From the NCBI RefSeq assembly GCF_006345805.1, contig NW_021835913.1, positions 1 through 37,066 of the forward strand: a stretch of 37,066 bases of DNA. The letters run 5' to 3'. This DNA comes from Octopus sinensis (Eukaryota). Positions 33,838 through 37,066 of this stretch are shown here, piece by piece. Made by a program: the position numbers and the translations under genes. The notes beneath the pieces are model-generated. The model searched no databases, was not told where the DNA came from, and worked only from the letters and a program-made list of their open reading frames with translations. How positions within the stretch are numbered: the first letter of the stretch is position 1; each line of letters starts with the position of its first letter.

Positions 33838-35385
33838 CTAGCAGAGATACCCGGCGTTGGACGGGATTAAAATGGCATAGTTTGTGTATATATTACAGTT
33901 ATGTTGAAACAGGTGATACGGGAAAGTGCAGCATTGATGACCAAACATTTGTGGAGTAAATGATGTGCTAATTCCACTAAGCGACATGCCATGTGTCCGT
34001 GGGGTGGGGGGGTTATGTGATTTTTGAACGCACCGAAAAGCTGTCGGTGGATATACTCTCCTTTGCGGCAGTCGGTGCTGCATCTAATACGACCCGTCGT
34101 TTGAAGTTTTGATACCTCCTTCGGGTTTGTTATTCTATATCACTCACAAAGTATATTTGGAGGAACTATGGTTGTTCATTTGTGGATAATAGGGAACAAC
34201 TGAGGTAATAGATTTACCCTTGAACATTGAACGTCGGCGTAAATCTATGTTCAACTATCTTCTCAGATGCACCAAACGATGTCATTTGAAAGGCAGAATT
34301 GTATTGTCTGATATTGTTCAGAAAATCCTTTGACTGGATGGAAGTGCCTTCAAGAAGATCCATAAGAGGTTGAGGAGGAGCCTGTAGTGCTGGCAATCTT
34401 ACCTTACCACCTGAGCAGCACATGCCCTTAATTTCATTTGGAAATTTTAAAGCTTTGCAGAAACAACAATTTGAGTACAGCACACCAATTTGGACAAAGT
34501 TATCATTTTTATAAGAATAGGATGGATCATATCTGAAAGCAGCTCCAGGAGTTGTGAAGAACGAATTTGTACGCAGTCTATTTCGGAGAGCAATTCTATT
34601 GACCTCTGTCTAATCATTAAAATGTTGTTTTAATGATCCAGCATTAAGTGCCGCAGCATGCATTTGCTGATCTTGGGAAAGTCTTAGCTCTCTTCTCTCT
34701 TGAGATTCTGTCTGACGTGTTGCAGCATGTCTTTGCTGATGTTGCGAAAATCTCATCTCACTTCTGTCTTGAGACCCCACTTGACGTGCTGCAGCATGCG
34801 TTTGCTGATCTTGAGAAAGTCTCATCTCCCTTCTCTCTTGAGACTCTCGCCTTCGGTTTTCTACAATCCTCTTTGCTTTATACTTGTATCTGGAGAGAAT
34901 ACGTCTTTTCTTTGGTGGCATATTTTTTTCAGTATTGTACAACACTGACACACCATTCTAAAGTTTCCGATGCGTAATGTTGTTACCATTAGGATGTAAA
35001 TTATTTATTTATTTCAAATATAATAGAAATAAGATGATCATAGTGTTATCACATTAGAATTAAAAGTGAAAGAATAAAAGTGAAACAGTATTATATCACA
35101 TTACAATATAGATGTTATTCTTTTACTTTTGACTCGTAATACCGAACCAGTGCCAATGTTATATTGCTTTAATCCAAATAAAAAAAGTTACATGTTGATA
35201 CTGTACTGGGTCTGATACTATTACCTTGTAAAATTTGATTTGATTTGGTCGAGCCGTTTGAGAATACATAGGGAACATACATACATACATACATACATAC
35301 ATACATACATACATACATACATACATACAGACAGACAGACAGACAGACAGACAGACGGAGAGATAAAGAATTTTATATATATAAA
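33838..35385 (-). mobile_element. Internally deleted Helitron with both termini
   Basis: 3' end: CCCG-TCCAACGC-CGGG hairpin then CTAG|T (33838). 5' end: A|TTTATATATATAAAA (TC decayed) plus (TGTC)n(TGTA)n. Coding remnants MPPKKRR with 22-23-aa repeats, and CKALKFPNE..MCCSGGKVRLP..IRQYNSAFQMTSFG. Confidence 0.88.
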
Positions 35386-35389
35386 TACC

Positions 35390-35597
35390 GGTTTCAAATT
35401 TTGGCACAAGGCCAGTAATTTCGGGGCAGTGGGTAAGTGGATTACATCAATCCCAGTGTTTAACTGGTACTTATTTTATCGACCACGAAAGGATGTAAGG
35501 CAAAGTCGACTCTGGCGGAATTTGAAATCAGTACGTGAAGACAAAGTGCCACTAAGCATTTTGTCCGACTTGCTAACAGCTTTCCCAGCTTGCTGCC
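35390..35597 (-). mobile_element. SINE family A2, diverged
   Basis: Tail GGCCTTGTGCCAAAATTTGAAAC plus Meta-like core. Confidence 0.75.
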
Positions 35598-35624
35598 TTG
35601 TAAAATAATATGGTAATAATATTA

Positions 35625-35860
35625 TCACGTGACCGACAAGGCTATAAGAAGTTGTTACACATCGCTGGTTACAGTGCGCTTTTGCATCGTTTTAGCCTTC
35701 AAATGACGCCACCCCACTGGCTAGGCGAGCAGGCTAACAATCGCTCCTGATCGAAAGGGGACTGGAGCAGTGTGAAATGAAGTGCTTGCTCAAGAACGCA
35801 ATGCTTCACCCAGTCGGGGAATCGAACACACGATCCAGTGATCGTGAGTGCAAAAGCTAG
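35625..35860 (-). mobile_element. SINE family D (CORE-like body with family C tail)
   Basis: Minus strand TTCTTGAGCAAGCACTTCATTTCAC body, then GCCTGCTCGCCTAGCCAGTGGGGTGGCGTCATTTGAAGGC...GTCACGTGA as in family C. Confidence 0.7.
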
Positions 35861-35984
35861 GCTAACCACTACTTCAGACATAACACTAGGTTAATCGCTA
35901 CTTCAAATATAAAAGAAGTAGAAAATATACATGGCAAACTAACGATTGATCGGCAGCTAGCATAACGTAGTATGTTACCTTGGT

Positions 35985-36296
35985 GGAGGCACATGGCCTA
36001 GTGGTTAGAGCAGCGGTTTCGCGGTCGAGGGCTCGTGGGTTCGAATCTCAGACCGGACGATGTGTGTGTTTATGAGCGAAATACCTAAGTTCCACGCGAC
36101 TCCGGCAGAAGATAATGGCGAAACTTCTGCTGACTCTTTCGCCACAACTTTCTCTCATTCTTTCCTCCTGCATCTTGCAGCTCACCTGCGACGGACCGGC
36201 GTCCCGTCCAGGTGGGGAACCTATACGCCAAAGAAACCGGGAAATCGGCCCTTATCAGCCAGGCATGGCTCGAGAAGGAACAAACAAACACCAACA
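35985..36296 (+). mobile_element. SINE family E (family-C-like head with V-domain-like segment)
   Basis: tRNA head, then CCTGCGACGGACCGGCGTCCCGTCCAGG (36185-36212), which resembles the V-SINE domain as recalled; (CAAA)n tail. Confidence 0.65.
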
Positions 36297-36659
36297 AAGT
36301 ATGTTACTTTTGGTTTACACCAGTAGTTTTCGGGACATTTGCATGTGTAATTTACTGAGTCAGCACTAATCTTGAGAAAACTGGCTTCATAGAATCAGAA
36401 AGGAAACGGCTAAATAGGAAATTACAATTATAAGCCATTAATGGAATTCTGAAAATATGTAAAGCATCTGAGAAATTTAGCATGTTCATGGGTTCATATA
36501 GAGACTTGAAGGCACGCGTGTATGTGTACGTACACATACGTTTGGTGAAGTATATTATTTTACCCGCATATAGACAAACATTCACGTATGTATGAGGTGA
36601 AATATATAAGCATGCACGTATACACACGTATATACATACACACGAAAAGACACACCCAC

Positions 36660-36782
<123 letters not shown>

Positions 36783-36909
36783 GCAAACATATATACATGG
36801 CTACCAAGTTGATGCTTAAATTCCGATGAAAGAGCTTTGTTTTCGGGTTGGAGACTGAAGTTTTCTTTAGTAGTGAGATTTCTTTCAGAAAGCAAAAGAA
36901 AAGACGTGT

Positions 36910-37066
36910 ACATGTTTGTATGTATGTATGTATGTATGTATGTTTGTATGTATGTATGTATGTATGTATGCATGTATGTATGTATGTATGTATGTATGTA
37001 TGTATGTATGTATGTATGTATGTATGTACGTATGTATGTATGTACGTATGTATGTATGTGTATGTA
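36910..37066. repeat. (GTAT)n microsatellite running off the window
   Basis: Direct reading. Confidence 0.95.

Noticed and set aside
35985-36056. tRNA-like sequences here and at 18173, 18926 and 23016
   Set aside because: They are SINE heads: they continue into SINE bodies or repeats and lack a proper acceptor stem.
36803-36880. Possible 77-nt minus-strand exon (NLTTKENFSLQPENKALSSEFKHQL)
   Set aside because: Weak donor (GTAGCC), no recognisable homology, and it sits between microsatellites. RNA-seq would be needed.

Overview
AT-rich, repeat-saturated eukaryotic DNA, intergenic or deep intronic. The repeat set suggests an octopus-type cephalopod, which is an inference from recognising the SINE families and not a database result. 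No host protein-coding gene could be supported, and most ORF-track entries are microsatellite or antisense-repeat artefacts. The window holds: more than 25 tRNA-derived SINE copies from several modular families (Meta-like, CORE-like, V-domain-like); LINE remnants (two Tx1, three CR1, one RTE, one probable R4/Dong); several Penelope-like (PLE) derivatives with hammerhead ribozyme motifs, including a 3-kb inverted GIY-YIG PLE; three Tc1/mariner remnants; hAT-like and Merlin-like MITEs; an internally deleted Helitron; and a 4.6-kb G/T-rich trinucleotide domain. Main observations: (1) a Tx1 LINE embedded in (TCTA)n whose last 42 nt match the tail of the commonest SINE family at 34/42 ungapped; (2) a SINE fused to an antisense 23-nt U2 snRNA fragment, inside a 16-bp direct repeat and tandemly duplicated; (3) several distinct hammerhead-bearing PLE modules sitting in or beside microsatellites; (4) a MITE carrying TTAGGG repeats.
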